Origin: Spirochaetia bacterium
GTDB taxonomy: Bacteria > Spirochaetota > Spirochaetia > SZUA-6 > Bin103
Direction: 5' to 3'
Length of the DNA stretch: 64,000 nt
Assembly: GCA_965208575.1 (NCBI GenBank)
Contig: CBDBOV010000004.1
Span: forward strand, 608,001 to 672,000
Below are positions 49,362 through 60,305 of this stretch, one piece after another (position 1 is the first letter of the stretch; each line of letters begins with the position of its first letter). The notes below the pieces were generated by a model. That model was not told the origin of the DNA and did no database searches. It saw only the letters and a program-made list of their open reading frames with translations. The translations under genes and the position numbers were made by a program.

Positions 49362-50487
49362 GTGTCTGGATTCACTCGGAACAAGACTGACCGTTGGCAT
49401 CGTGAGGTCCCAGGAGCGCGCTGGTTCAAGACTGACTTGCACGTCCACACCATTGATGACCGCCCCGGCGGCCGGGCGAAGATGCCGCCGGGCTTACCCG
49501 GGCCACCGGCTTCGGAACAAGCGATCACCGCCTACGCCCGATGCTTCCTGAAGCAGGCCATCAAGCACAATGTCCGCGTGATCGCCGTCACTGAACAACG
49601 GCAGAAGCGGCTTGCACCTGCTCTTCATATTCGATCCCGAGATCGGCCGTGCACACTATCTCCAAGCGTTCGACCTGGTGATGGGCGGCGTGTTGGAGCT
49701 TCGGATGGACGACGGCAGCTATCGAAGGTTGGAGGACCTTTCCGGCGGACAGCGCGTCAGCGTCCTGCTCTCCCTGTGGTTGGAGACCAGGGATGAGCGC
49801 CCCTTGGTGATCGATCAGCCCGAGGATGAGTTGGACAACCGATTTCTGTTCGACACGGTGCTGCCGGCGCTGAAGCGTCTCAAGGGACGCCGTCAGATCA
49901 TCGTAGCCACGCACGATGCCAACATCGTCGTGAATGGCGACGCCGATCAGGTGATCCAATTGGAGGCGAGTTCCAATCATGGACGTGTGGCCGAGACCGG
50001 TGCTATCGAAGATCCCGCGGTGCGTGACGCCATCGTGCGCACCGTGGACGGCGGCGACGACGCGTTCCGCCTGCGCCGCCTGAAGTACGGATTCGAGTCC
50101 TACCGTGCCTTGGCCCGCGAAGACCGCCACCTGCTGCCGAGAGCGGCGATCCGGGAGGCGATAGTCAACGCGGTCACGCATCGCGACTACGCCATTACCG
50201 GGTCCAAGGTGCTCCTTGAAGTGTTCGACAGTCGTGTCGACGTGACCAGTCCCGGCGCGCTGCCGAACCACATGACCGTGGAGCGGGTGCGCGCAGGCGC
50301 CAATCCCCGGTCGCGGAATGACTCCATGGCATACTTCATGGCCGCGATGGGGTTCATGGAGCAGCGCGGCCGCGGCTGGATGATCATGCAGCGACAAATG
50401 CGCGAATTCAACGGTACCGAGCCGGAACTCCTGCAGGATGAACGCAACAAATTCGTCCGCGTGACCTTTCGCCTGGCTCCATCCTGA
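49362..50487 (+). pseudogene. Collapsed PHP-domain/ABC-type ATPase (TrlF/Ppl-like) gene fused to a HATPase_c_4/RecG-C-like fragment
   Basis: GARWFKTDLHVHT (PHP), LSGGQR, IDQPEDELDN and ATHDANIVVNGDA, then REAIVNAVTHRDY...SPGALPN...RN. The Walker A and coiled-coil regions are missing. Confidence 0.8.
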
Positions 50488-50551
50488 CGACCGCTTCTCT
50501 GCCGCCGCCACACCACCCGCCACGCTTGACAACTGCGCGTGACCGGCGAAG

Positions 50552-51550
50552 ATGGCCGGCATGCTGGCGTACCTGACACGCCGGGTGTTCGTGGCCATCG
50601 GTACGGTGCTGGTGCTGTCGGTGGTGTCGTTCGCGTTCATCCAGCTCCCCCCCGGCGACTTCGTGACCGCCTACGTGCAGGAGCTGGAAGGCATGGGCGA
50701 CGTGGTCAGCGCCGACGAGGAAGAGCAGCTCCGTGACATGTTCGGCCTCAACCAGCCGTTCCTGGTGCAGTATTTCAAGTGGATGCTGCGCATGGCCGGC
50801 GGCGACTTCGGTTTCTCGATGGAGTACCGCCGCCCGGTCGCGGAGGTGATCGGCGACCGCCTGTGGCTGACCGTGGTGGTGGCGGCGGCCGCGGTGGTGT
50901 TCGTGTGGGTGGTGGCGCTGCCGATCGGCATCTTCTCGGCCAACCGCCAGTACTCGTTCGCGGACTACCTGTTTACGTTCCTGGGCTTCATTGGCCTGGC
51001 GATCCCCAACTTCCTGCTCGCGCTGGTGCTGATGTACTTCGCGTTTCGCTACTTCAACGTCAACGTGACCGGGCTGTTCTCGCCCGAGTACGTCACCGCG
51101 CCGTGGAGCCTGGCCAAGGTGGTCGACATGCTCGGCCACCTGTGGGTGCCGGCGCTGGTGCTCGGCACGGCGGGCACCGCCACCCTGATCAGGATCATGC
51201 GCGCCAACCTGCTCGACGAGCTGCGCAAGCCGTACGTGGTGTCGGCCCGCGCCCGCGGCATGAAGGAGTCGCGGCTGATCGTGAAGTACCCGGTGCGGGT
51301 GGCGCTCAACCCGTTCGCCAGCACCATCGGCTACATCCTGCCGTTCATCGTATCGGGCAGCATCATCGTGTCGGTGGTGCTGAGCCTGCCGACCGTGGGG
51401 CCGCTGCTGCTGCGCGCGCTGCTGTCCCAGGACATGTTCCTGGCCGGCACCATCATCCTGCTGATCGGCGCCATGACGGTGGCCGGCACGCTGATCTCGG
51501 ACATCCTGCTGATGCTGATCGACCCGCGCATCCGGTTCGAGGGCCGCTGA
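50552..51550 (+). CDS. Peptide ABC permease (DppB/OppB-like)
   Basis: LPPGDF, IPNFLL, MRANLLDELRKPYV and IDPRIR. Confidence 0.92.
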   Translation: MAGMLAYLTRRVFVAIGTVLVLSVVSFAFIQLPPGDFVTAYVQELEGMGDVVSADEEEQLRDMFGLNQPFLVQYFKWMLRMAGGDFGFSMEYRRPVAEVIGDRLWLTVVVAAAAVVFVWVVALPIGIFSANRQYSFADYLFTFLGFIGLAIPNFLLALVLMYFAFRYFNVNVTGLFSPEYVTAPWSLAKVVDMLGHLWVPALVLGTAGTATLIRIMRANLLDELRKPYVVSARARGMKESRLIVKYPVRVALNPFASTIGYILPFIVSGSIIVSVVLSLPTVGPLLLRALLSQDMFLAGTIILLIGAMTVAGTLISDILLMLIDPRIRFEGR

Positions 51551-51552
51551 GC

Positions 51553-53808
51553 GTGGCTGACACGGTTGCCGAGGTCAGGTCGGGCGCCGCCGCGCAGGAA
51601 CAGGTATTCGTCGCCTCCCAGTGGCGGCTGATGTGGTGGCGGTTTCGCCGCCACCGCCTGGCCGTGGTGTCCGGCGTCGTGCTGCTCGTGTTCTACCTGG
51701 TCACGCTGTTCGCACCGTTCTTTGCCGTCCACGACCCGACGCTGTCGGAGGCGGAACGCACGCTGATGCCACCGCAGAAGATCCACTGGTTCGACGACGG
51801 CAGGCTGCAGCCGCACGTGTTCGCGGTGGAAGGCGCGCGCGACCCGCGCACCTTCAAGCGCGTCTACACCGAGGACCGGGCCCGCAAGTACCCGGTGCGC
51901 CTGCTCGCGCGCGGCTTTCCCTACAAGCTGCTGTGGATCTTTCCCACCGACATCCACCTGCTCGGTGCGCCCGACGCCGAGGCGCCGACCCTGTTTCTGC
52001 TGGGCGCCGACGTCCAGGGCCGCGACCTCTGGTCGCGGGTGGTGTACGGCACCCGCGTGTCGATGTCGATCGGCCTGGTCGGAGTGACGTTGAGCCTGTT
52101 CCTCGGCATCCTGCTCGGCGGCATCTCCGGATTCTACGGCGGCGTGGTGGACTCGGTGATCCAGCGCGCCATCGAGATCATCCGCTCGATTCCCGCGATC
52201 CCGTTCTGGATGGGGCTGGCGGCGTTCCTGCCGCGCGACTGGAGCGTGCTGCAGATCTACTTCGCGATCACCATCATCATCTCCGTGCTCGGCTGGACCG
52301 GGCTGGCGCGGGTGGTGCGAGGGCGGTTCCTGGCGCTGCGCGACGAGGACTTCGTGACCGCCGCGCAACTCTCCGGGGCGAGCCGCACCAAGACCATCTT
52401 CCGCTACATGCTGCCGTCGTTCTACAGCCACATCATCGCCGAGATCACCCTGTCGATTCCGCAGATGATCATCAGCGAGACGGCGCTCAGCTTCCTCGGG
52501 CTAGGCATCCGGCCGCCGGCGGTCAGCTACGGCACGCTGCTGCAGGCGGCACAGAACGTGCAGACCGTAGCGCTCACGCCGTGGCTGATGATTCCCGCGG
52601 TCCCGGTCATCGTCGCCGTGCTCGCCTTCAACTTCCTCGGCGACGGCGTGCGCGACGCCGCCGACCCATACGCCAGCCACGCCTCGACCCGCCGCAAGGG
52701 CAGGGAGCGCGGGCGGCGGCTCATCGCCCGCGCCGGCACCTCCGGGCCGGCGCCTCGGGCGCACGAGCCGCCGCCGGCCGACGCGCCGCCGATCCTGCAG
52801 GTGCGCAACCTGCACACGCACTTCCCGGTCGACGAGGGCACCGTGGTGGCGGTGGACGGCGCGAGTTTCGACGTGCCGGCCGGCAGGACCCTCGGCATCG
52901 TCGGCGAGAGCGGATGCGGCAAGAGCGTCACGGCGCGCTCGGTGCTGCGTATCCTCGACCGCCCCGGCGAGATCGTCGCCGGCGAGATCCTGTTCCGGCG
53001 CGCGCCCGCCGGAGGGCACGCGGAGATTCTCGATCTGGCCGCGCTCGAGGCGGACGGCGAGCAGATGCGCGCCATCCGCGGCGGCGAAATCGCGCTGGTG
53101 TTCCAGGAGCCGATGGCCTCGTTCAGCCCGGTGCACACGGTCAGCGCCCAGCTCCTGGAAGCGATCCGGCTGCACCGGCCCGACGCCGGCAAGGAGGAAG
53201 CGCGCGAAATCGGCATCGAGGCGCTGCGCCAGGTGCACATCCCCAACCCCGAGCAGCGCATCGACTCCTACGCGTTCGAGCTGTCCGGCGGCCTGCGCCA
53301 GCGCGCCATGATCGCCATCGCCCTGTCCTGCCGCCCCAGCCTGCTGATCGCCGACGAGCCCACCACCGCCCTCGACGTCACGACCCAGGCGCAGATTCTC
53401 GACCTGATCCGCGAGCTGCAGGGCGAGCACGGCATGGCGATCATGCTGATCACCCACGACATGGGGGTGATCGCGGAGATGGCGGACGAGGTGGTGGTGA
53501 TGTACCTCGGGCGCGTGGTGGAGAGCGCCCCGGTCGACGACATCTTCCACAACCCCAGGCACCCCTACACGCAGGCGCTGCACCGCTCCATTCCGAACAT
53601 CGCCGCGCCCACCGGGCAGGAACTCGACTCGATCGCCGGCACGGTCCCCCACCCCAATGAGCGTCCGTCCGGATGCCCGTTCCATCCGCGCTGCCCGTCG
53701 TTCATGCCCGACACCTGCGACCGTGCCGTGCCCGAGCTGCTGCCGGTGGCTGCCGGCCACGGCGCCAGTTGCTTCCTCCACCAGGAGGCGCCGGTGGGCA
53801 CCCGATGA
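51553..53808 (+). CDS. Fused peptide ABC permease (DppC-like) and ATPase (DppD-like)
   Basis: [11 protein letters not shown]...[14 protein letters not shown], linker, then [27 protein letters not shown] and GCPFHPRC, all in one frame. Confidence 0.88.
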   Translation: MADTVAEVRSGAAAQEQVFVASQWRLMWWRFRRHRLAVVSGVVLLVFYLVTLFAPFFAVHDPTLSEAERTLMPPQKIHWFDDGRLQPHVFAVEGARDPRTFKRVYTEDRARKYPVRLLARGFPYKLLWIFPTDIHLLGAPDAEAPTLFLLGADVQGRDLWSRVVYGTRVSMSIGLVGVTLSLFLGILLGGISGFYGGVVDSVIQRAIEIIRSIPAIPFWMGLAAFLPRDWSVLQIYFAITIIISVLGWTGLARVVRGRFLALRDEDFVTAAQLSGASRTKTIFRYMLPSFYSHIIAEITLSIPQMIISETALSFLGLGIRPPAVSYGTLLQAAQNVQTVALTPWLMIPAVPVIVAVLAFNFLGDGVRDAADPYASHASTRRKGRERGRRLIARAGTSGPAPRAHEPPPADAPPILQVRNLHTHFPVDEGTVVAVDGASFDVPAGRTLGIVGESGCGKSVTARSVLRILDRPGEIVAGEILFRRAPAGGHAEILDLAALEADGEQMRAIRGGEIALVFQEPMASFSPVHTVSAQLLEAIRLHRPDAGKEEAREIGIEALRQVHIPNPEQRIDSYAFELSGGLRQRAMIAIALSCRPSLLIADEPTTALDVTTQAQILDLIRELQGEHGMAIMLITHDMGVIAEMADEVVVMYLGRVVESAPVDDIFHNPRHPYTQALHRSIPNIAAPTGQELDSIAGTVPHPNERPSGCPFHPRCPSFMPDTCDRAVPELLPVAAGHGASCFLHQEAPVGTR

Positions 53809-54845
53809 GCCACGCACGCGGCGGCGGACCCCTGCTGGAGGTGCGCAACCTCACCAAGTACTTCCCGATCCGCAAGGGCCTGCTCAAACGGGTGCTGGGC
53901 CAGGTGCGCGCGGTGGACGGCGTCAGCTTCAGCCTCGACGAGCGCGAGACGCTCGGACTGGTCGGCGAGAGCGGCTGCGGCAAGACCACCACCTCGCGCT
54001 GCATCCTGCGCGCCCTCGATCCCACCTCCGGCCAGATGCACTTTCGCACCCGGGCCGGGCAGCGCGTCGATCTTGCCACCCTCGACCACCGCGAACTGCG
54101 CGAGGTGCGGCGCGAGGTGCAGATGATCTTCCAGGACCCGTTCTCCTCGCTCAATCCGCGCATGACGCTGTTCGACATCGTCGGCGACCCGCTGCTGAAC
54201 TACGGCATGCGCTCGCGCGCGCAGCGCGAGGACCGGGTCGCCGAGCTGCTCACGCTGGTCGGGCTGCGGCCGGAATTCATCCGCCGCTTCCCGCACGCGT
54301 TCAGCGGCGGCCAGCGCCAGCGCATCGGCATCGCGCGCGCCCTGGCGCCGGAGCCGCGCCTGCTGGTGGCGGACGAGCCGGTGTCCGCGCTCGACGTGTC
54401 GATCCAGGCGCAGGTGCTCAACCTGCTCGCCGACCTGCGCGGCCGGATCGGGCTCTCCTACCTGTTCGTGGCGCACGACCTGAGCGTGGTCAAGCAGTTC
54501 TGCCACCGGGTTGCGGTGATGTACGTGGGCAAGATCGTCGAGACGGCCGCCACCGAGGATCTGTTCGCCGCGCCCCGCCACCCCTACACGGAGGCGCTGC
54601 TGTCCGCGGTGCCGCGCCCCGACCCGCGCGTGCGCACCGAACGCATCATCCTGCGCGGCGAAGTGGCCAACCCCGCCGACCCGCCGCCCGGCTGCAGCTT
54701 CCACCCGCGCTGCACCTACGCCACCGACGCGTGCCGCGCCCGCGAACCGGCGCTGGAGCCGATCGCCACCGACCACGAGGCAAGCTGCCACCACACCGGC
54801 GACCTCGACCTGGCCGGCGTGGCCACCACCGGCGCGGCGACCTGA
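53805..54845 (+). CDS. Peptide ABC ATPase (DppF/OppF-like)
   Basis: [28 protein letters not shown] and [10 protein letters not shown]. Confidence 0.93.
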   Translation: MSHARGGGPLLEVRNLTKYFPIRKGLLKRVLGQVRAVDGVSFSLDERETLGLVGESGCGKTTTSRCILRALDPTSGQMHFRTRAGQRVDLATLDHRELREVRREVQMIFQDPFSSLNPRMTLFDIVGDPLLNYGMRSRAQREDRVAELLTLVGLRPEFIRRFPHAFSGGQRQRIGIARALAPEPRLLVADEPVSALDVSIQAQVLNLLADLRGRIGLSYLFVAHDLSVVKQFCHRVAVMYVGKIVETAATEDLFAAPRHPYTEALLSAVPRPDPRVRTERIILRGEVANPADPPPGCSFHPRCTYATDACRAREPALEPIATDHEASCHHTGDLDLAGVATTGAAT

Positions 54846-54862
54846 TGGCAGGCGCCTAATGA

Positions 54863-54897
54863 ACGGGCTCCGCGGCACGACGGCGCGCGGAGCCCGT
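54863..54897. terminator. GC-rich hairpin between convergent genes
   Basis: ACGGGCTCCGCG...CGCGGAGCCCGT 12-bp stem. Confidence 0.6.
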
Positions 54898-54946
54898 GAG
54901 ACTGCTCTCGGCGGTCAGGTCAGGGAACTGAAGTCCTCGACGGACG

Positions 54947-56992
54947 TCAGTTCTTGAAAAACCACTGCTCCGGACGGGAGATGTTGGGGTTGGAGGTGTT
55001 GGCGTTGTTCATCTGCCGGGCCGGGATGTTGCCCAGGTTGTTGGACACGATGCGCACCCCCTGGATGGTCGGCGACAGGCCGACGGTGCCGATCATCCAC
55101 TGCTGGTCGAGAATGATGCGCCACATCTCCTTGGCCATTTCGGCGGCCTCGTCCGGCGGCGCCATCTTGGCCATCTGGTACAGGTCGTTGACCCGCTTCA
55201 CCTCGGCGGGCGGCTCGCGGCCGCTTTCGCCGCCGGTGGCGATCCACTCGCCCCACAGCGGCCCCTGGTAGGCGCCGGCCCGGTTCGGCCACAGCGCCGT
55301 CGGATGGCCGAACACGTTGCCGGCTCCCCACGGCACGTTGATGGTCAGGTGGTGCTCGTTGGCGCGCACCCGCCGGCCCGATAGCGAGCGCTCATACTCC
55401 TTGACGTCGAGGAATATGCCGATCTGTTGGTACTGCTCCTTGACCATCTCGCCGAGGCCGGTGAAGTCCATGAACGACAGGTAGGTCATCAGCTCGATCA
55501 CCAGCCGGCCGCCGCCGTCGGTGCGCAGCCGGTAGCCCTCGGCGTCCTTCTCGGTCAGTCCCATCTCGTCGAGCATCCGGTTGGCGGTGGCCGGGTCGTG
55601 GGTGGACCACAGGGTGCGCCACTCGGTGTCGGGTCCCGGGCTGTAGATGGTGGTCTCCTCGGGAGCGATCGAGCCCGGCGTGCCGAGACCGAGGAAGAAC
55701 ACCTCGTTGATCGCGTCGCGGTCGATGCCGAGCGCCAGGGCGCGGCGGAAGTCGACGTTGCCCAGCCACTTGCCGATCTCGGCGTCCGCCTCGAAGGTGG
55801 AGTTGACGTAGATCGCGGCGTCGCCGCCGTGCTGGGAGGTGTCCAGGTGCACCTTGTAGTTGCCCTTCTCCTCGTTCTCCAGGAACACCGGCAGCTTGCG
55901 CAGGTCCATGTGGCGGGCCATCGAGTCGAACTCGCCGGCGATGGCGCGCAGGTTCAGCACCTCCAGGTTCTCGCCCTTGGTCATCACGATGTAGTCGATG
56001 TAGGGCAACTGGTTGCCGGCCTCGTCCATCCAGATGCTGTAGGCGTTGCGCTTCCACTCGAAGGTCTCCTCGGTGATCGGCACGGTAACCTGCCACGCCG
56101 ACACGATCGGCAGCTCCGGATTCAGCCAGGAGCGGTTCTTCTCATTGACGAACAGCGCCCAGTTGTCGAAGCCCGCTTCCTTCGCCATCGCCTCCACCTT
56201 GTCCTGGCCGATGAAGTCGGGGTGGAACTGCTTGATGTAGTGGGCGGGAGCGAATCCGCCGCCGGAGGCGCCGCCCCAGCGTCCGTGGCCGCTCAGCCAA
56301 CTGGTGCTGGCCAGCTTGTTGAGCAGTCCGTAGTAGGGGTCGTCCGACACGAACGCGACCGCCGTGTCGCTCACCTTGACCACCCGCACCGGCTTGCCGT
56401 TGAGCATCAGTTCGCCGATGCCGCCGCGCCGCAGGTCGTTGTTGGTGGCCATGTGGTCATACCAGAACTGCCAGTCGTCGGCCGTGAACGGGGCGCCGTC
56501 CGACCACCGCATGCCCTGGCGCAGGTGCAGGGTGGTGGTGCGGCCGTCCGCGCTCACCTCCCAGTCGCGGGCGATGTTGGGGACGATCTCGGTCTCGGTG
56601 TAGTTCCAGTGCAGCGGCCGGTCGTGCAGCACGGCGCGGGTGGCATTGGCGCCGTCGTTGGGGCCGATGAATCCGCGCCGCCAGGTACCGCCGTACGTGC
56701 CGATCTCGTGAATCGGCCTGAGCACCAGCGGCTCCGGTCCGACCCGCTCCTCCACCGGCGGCAGCTCGCCCGCGGCCACCATCTCGGCCAGCATCGGCGC
56801 CTCCTGGTAGCTGGCCGGAACGAAGTCGCGCAGGACGCGCACTCCCTCCAGCTCGCCGATCAGCGCGCGCGGGGACTCGCCCTCTTCGGGCGCCGCGGCG
56901 GTCTGGTCCGCCTCCCCCGCGCCGAACACCGGCATCGCGACTGCCAGGGCAAGCCCACACCCCAGCGCCATCACCTTCGATCCGATTCTCAT
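54947..56992 (-). CDS. ABC transporter substrate-binding protein, family 5 (different subfamily from the first three)
   Basis: YQEAPMLAEMVAAGELPPVEERV, IGTYGGTWR, WSDGAPFTADD and GNQLPYID. Confidence 0.93.
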   Translation of the reverse strand: MRIGSKVMALGCGLALAVAMPVFGAGEADQTAAAPEEGESPRALIGELEGVRVLRDFVPASYQEAPMLAEMVAAGELPPVEERVGPEPLVLRPIHEIGTYGGTWRRGFIGPNDGANATRAVLHDRPLHWNYTETEIVPNIARDWEVSADGRTTTLHLRQGMRWSDGAPFTADDWQFWYDHMATNNDLRRGGIGELMLNGKPVRVVKVSDTAVAFVSDDPYYGLLNKLASTSWLSGHGRWGGASGGGFAPAHYIKQFHPDFIGQDKVEAMAKEAGFDNWALFVNEKNRSWLNPELPIVSAWQVTVPITEETFEWKRNAYSIWMDEAGNQLPYIDYIVMTKGENLEVLNLRAIAGEFDSMARHMDLRKLPVFLENEEKGNYKVHLDTSQHGGDAAIYVNSTFEADAEIGKWLGNVDFRRALALGIDRDAINEVFFLGLGTPGSIAPEETTIYSPGPDTEWRTLWSTHDPATANRMLDEMGLTEKDAEGYRLRTDGGGRLVIELMTYLSFMDFTGLGEMVKEQYQQIGIFLDVKEYERSLSGRRVRANEHHLTINVPWGAGNVFGHPTALWPNRAGAYQGPLWGEWIATGGESGREPPAEVKRVNDLYQMAKMAPPDEAAEMAKEMWRIILDQQWMIGTVGLSPTIQGVRIVSNNLGNIPARQMNNANTSNPNISRPEQWFFKN

Positions 56993-57094
56993 CACGAAAG
57001 GCTCCTTTCTCCTTGAGATTGCCGGCCAGTGCACGACGAATGCGCACCGTTGTCAAGCTCCTGCACGACACACTACGGTCTCCGCGAGGCAAGG

Positions 57095-57985
57095 ATGGAG
57101 AAGGTACTGACCGATGCCCAGGTGCAGCAGTTCCGCGCCGATGGGCTGTTGCTGATCCCGGGGCTGATTCCGGAGAGCGTGTATGGCCCGGTGCGGAAGG
57201 ACCTCGGCCGCCTGATCGACGCCGCCAGGGATGGCCCGGCGCCCGACCACACCTACATGTACTACACGGACCCGCGTCCCGGAGACCGGCCGTGGCTGTA
57301 CCGGATCAACGAGCTGATCGGCACCCATCGGCTCGACAGCGTCAAGCTGATGCTCGCCTACCCGCCGTTGCTCACCGCGGTGTGGCAGGTGGTGGGGCGC
57401 GAGCACTTCGCCGCTTCGGCGGCGGCGGTGGTGTTCAAGCTGCCCAACTCGGTGGTGCCGGTGGGGTGGCACCAGGACGGCGTTGCGGTGAACCGCTGGC
57501 CGGTGTTCGACACCGACATCTACCTGGACGACAGCGACCCCGACAACGGCGGCTTGTGGGGCATTCCCGGCAGCCACCTGGCCGGCTACAACCCGGAGCT
57601 GCGCAACGAGCTGATCGCCAGCTACACCGGCGGCCGGGAAGCGGGCGACGTACCCGGCGCGGTGCCGGTGATCGCCAGGCCCGGCGACGTCAACCTGCAC
57701 GCCAACTCGGTGGTGCACGGATCGTTCGCCAGCCGCACGCCGCGGCTGCGGCGCGCCCTGTACTTCCACTGGGACAACTACGCCGACATCGCGTTGCGCT
57801 CCGAGGACGACCAGTGGCGCCGGCTCTACCTGTGGGCGCAGCAATCGGTCTGCGACGCCATCGCCCTGCGCGCAAGCCGCTTCCCGAACGAGACCCCGTT
57901 CCCCTACCAGACGGTGGCGCCGGAAGCCCTGCCCGGATCCAGCCCCGAATGGTTCTCCCCAACTCAAACCACCCGAAAACGATAG
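57095..57985 (+). CDS. Phytanoyl-CoA dioxygenase (PhyH) family protein
   Basis: FRADGLL, WHQDG, NGGLWGIPGSH, PGDVNLH and HGS. Confidence 0.88.
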   Translation: MEKVLTDAQVQQFRADGLLLIPGLIPESVYGPVRKDLGRLIDAARDGPAPDHTYMYYTDPRPGDRPWLYRINELIGTHRLDSVKLMLAYPPLLTAVWQVVGREHFAASAAAVVFKLPNSVVPVGWHQDGVAVNRWPVFDTDIYLDDSDPDNGGLWGIPGSHLAGYNPELRNELIASYTGGREAGDVPGAVPVIARPGDVNLHANSVVHGSFASRTPRLRRALYFHWDNYADIALRSEDDQWRRLYLWAQQSVCDAIALRASRFPNETPFPYQTVAPEALPGSSPEWFSPTQTTRKR

Positions 57986-58031
57986 CGCAACGGATTGACA
58001 ATCGGGAGCGCGGTAGTGCAGTTTGTCTAAC

Positions 58032-58295
58032 ATGACTCAGGTCGACGTGCGCCAACTGCAACACCATCTCGGTCGCTACCTGGATGCGGTAGAGGCGGGT
58101 GAGGTCCTGGAAGTGCGGCGCCGCCGCCGCGTGATCGCTCGGGTGGTTCCCTGCTCACCGGAGAAGCCGTCCGAGGCTTGGCCGGACCTCGTCGAACGCC
58201 TGGAACGGATCTACCCGGACGGACCGATCGCCGAGTCTGCTGCCGAGCAACTGTATCGCGACCGCGACGGCATCGACAGCAGCGCCTCCAACTGA
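58032..58295 (+). CDS. Phd/YefM-family antitoxin
   Basis: VDVRQLQHHLGRYLDAVEAGEVLEVRRRRRVIARVVP. Confidence 0.88.
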   Translation: MTQVDVRQLQHHLGRYLDAVEAGEVLEVRRRRRVIARVVPCSPEKPSEAWPDLVERLERIYPDGPIAESAAEQLYRDRDGIDSSASN

Positions 58296-58327
58296 GGTGG
58301 TTCAGTGTCAGAGCAGGCGGCGCTAAC

Positions 58328-60305
58328 CCCAAGTTTGGGGGCCCGTTCTTGTAAGTACTTTATATCACAAGAATTAGCGTGTTTGTGGGTGTAAATCGTG
58401 TCCATGTAAATCGTCCTTGTTTTCAGCGGTCTTTTTCTCTCATCTAATTGACAGTCAATCATTAAATGATTTACTCTTCCTTCCCGAAGGGTGCCCATGT
58501 ACATCGACACCGTCCCCAACCGCAACTCTCCCCCAGCCGTCCTCCTCCGCGAATCCTTCCGCCAGCACGGCAAGGTCCGAAAACGCACCATCGCCAACCT
58601 CTCCAAGTGGCCCGATCACCTCGTCGATGGTTTGCGCGTCCTCCTCAACGGCGGTATCGCTCTCCGCTCTCCCAACGAACTGCTCTCCATCTTGCGCAGC
58701 TATCCCCACGGCCACGTCGCCGCCGTCCTCGGTTCCCTCCGCAAGCTCTCCCTCCATTCCCTCGTCGCTCGTCCCGCCTCCCGGGAGCGCGACCTGGTCG
58801 TCGCCATGATCGTCGCTCGCGTCGTCGACGCACGCTCCAAGCTCGCCACCGCTCGCGGCCTGAACCCCGAAAGCGCCGTCTCCTCCCTCGGCCACCTGCT
58901 GCAGTTGGGAGCCGTCGACGAGAATGAGCTGTACAACGCCATGGACTGGCTACTCGCTCGCCAGCACGGCATCGAAAAGCGCTTGGCCAAGCGCCATCTG
59001 CAGGACAACACGCTCATGTTGTACGACCTGACTTCCAGTTACTTCGAGGGACACACCTGCCCGTTGGCGCGCCGCGGTCACAGCCGCGACGGCAAGCGCG
59101 GCACCTTGCAGATCGTGTTCGGCCTGCTGTGTACCGCCGCCGGCTGCCCCATCGCCGTCGAGGTCTTCGAAGGCTCCACCGGCGATCCCAAGACGGTCGC
59201 CGCTCAGGTCGACAAGATTCGCAACCGTTTCGGCTTGCAGCGCGTCGTGCTGGTCGGCGACCGCGGCATGCTCACCGGCGCGCGCATCCGCGAGGACCTG
59301 CAGGGGATCGACGGTCTGCGCTGGATCACGACCCTGCGGGCGCCCACCATCCGCAAGCTGATCAAGGCCGGTGAAGTGGCGCAGACCATGTTCGACGAGC
59401 GTGACCTGGCGGAGATCAGCTCACCCGAGTTCCCGGGCGAGCGGCTGATCGTGTGCCGCAACCCGATCCTGGCCGAGCAACGGCAGCGCAAGAGGCAGGC
59501 GTTGCTGGCCTCCACGGAGGAGGAACTGACGCCGATCGTGACGGCCACGCAGCGCGCCAAGGAGCCGCTGCGCGGCGCCGGCGCGATCGGCCTGCGGGTG
59601 GGCAAGGTGATCAACCACTACAAGGTGGGCAAGCATTTCACCACCACCATCACCGACGACTCGTTCTCGTTCGCGCGTGATCTGGACAAGATCGCGGCCG
59701 AGGAAGAACTGGACGGGCTCTACATCGTGCGCTCCAACGTGGAGCCGGAGCTGTTCGACGCCGAGCAGACGGTGACGGCGTACAAGGACCTGGCCAAGGT
59801 GGAACGTGCGTTCCGCAGCATGAAGACGGTGGATCTGAAGGTGCGACCGATCTATCACCGCAGCGCAGACCGGGTGCGGGCGCACGTGTTCCTGTGCATG
59901 CTGGCCTACTACGTGGAGTGGCACATGCGCAGGAAGCTGGCGCCGGTGCTGTTCGACGACCACGATCCCGCAGCTGGCGAGCAGTTGCGCGAGTCGGTGG
60001 TGCAACCGGCGCAACGGTCACCGGCGGCACACCGGAAGGCGGCGAGCAAGCGCACCGACGACGGTCTGCCGGTGCACAGCTTTCGCGGCCTGATGAGCGA
60101 GTTGGGGACGCTGACGGCCAACCGCGTGCGGATGGTGGACAGCGGCGCCACGTTCACCATGCACAGCGAACCGACCGCGCTGCAGCAGCGCTGTTTCGAT
60201 CTCCTGGAGGTCAGCGCCCAAGTGTAGCCAGTAACGGACATCGGCTGTTGAGCGCAATTCTCAGATCAATAACGAATTAACAAAATCCCCGCTCTGGAAC
60301 TTCGG
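58328..60305 (+). mobile_element. IS1634-family insertion sequence, copy 2
   Basis: Ends CCCAAGTTT...GAACTTCGG, flanked by 6-bp target duplication GCTAAC (58322-58327 and 60306-60311). Confidence 0.93.
58497..60227 (+). CDS. IS1634-family transposase
   Basis: Close paralog of 41350..43080 with DDE motifs intact. Confidence 0.95.
   Translation: MYIDTVPNRNSPPAVLLRESFRQHGKVRKRTIANLSKWPDHLVDGLRVLLNGGIALRSPNELLSILRSYPHGHVAAVLGSLRKLSLHSLVARPASRERDLVVAMIVARVVDARSKLATARGLNPESAVSSLGHLLQLGAVDENELYNAMDWLLARQHGIEKRLAKRHLQDNTLMLYDLTSSYFEGHTCPLARRGHSRDGKRGTLQIVFGLLCTAAGCPIAVEVFEGSTGDPKTVAAQVDKIRNRFGLQRVVLVGDRGMLTGARIREDLQGIDGLRWITTLRAPTIRKLIKAGEVAQTMFDERDLAEISSPEFPGERLIVCRNPILAEQRQRKRQALLASTEEELTPIVTATQRAKEPLRGAGAIGLRVGKVINHYKVGKHFTTTITDDSFSFARDLDKIAAEEELDGLYIVRSNVEPELFDAEQTVTAYKDLAKVERAFRSMKTVDLKVRPIYHRSADRVRAHVFLCMLAYYVEWHMRRKLAPVLFDDHDPAAGEQLRESVVQPAQRSPAAHRKAASKRTDDGLPVHSFRGLMSELGTLTANRVRMVDSGATFTMHSEPTALQQRCFDLLEVSAQV

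Noticed and set aside
41272-60305. Composite transposon carrying suyAB and the ABC genes
   Set aside because: Each IS1634 has its own distinct 6-bp target duplication, indicating independent insertions.
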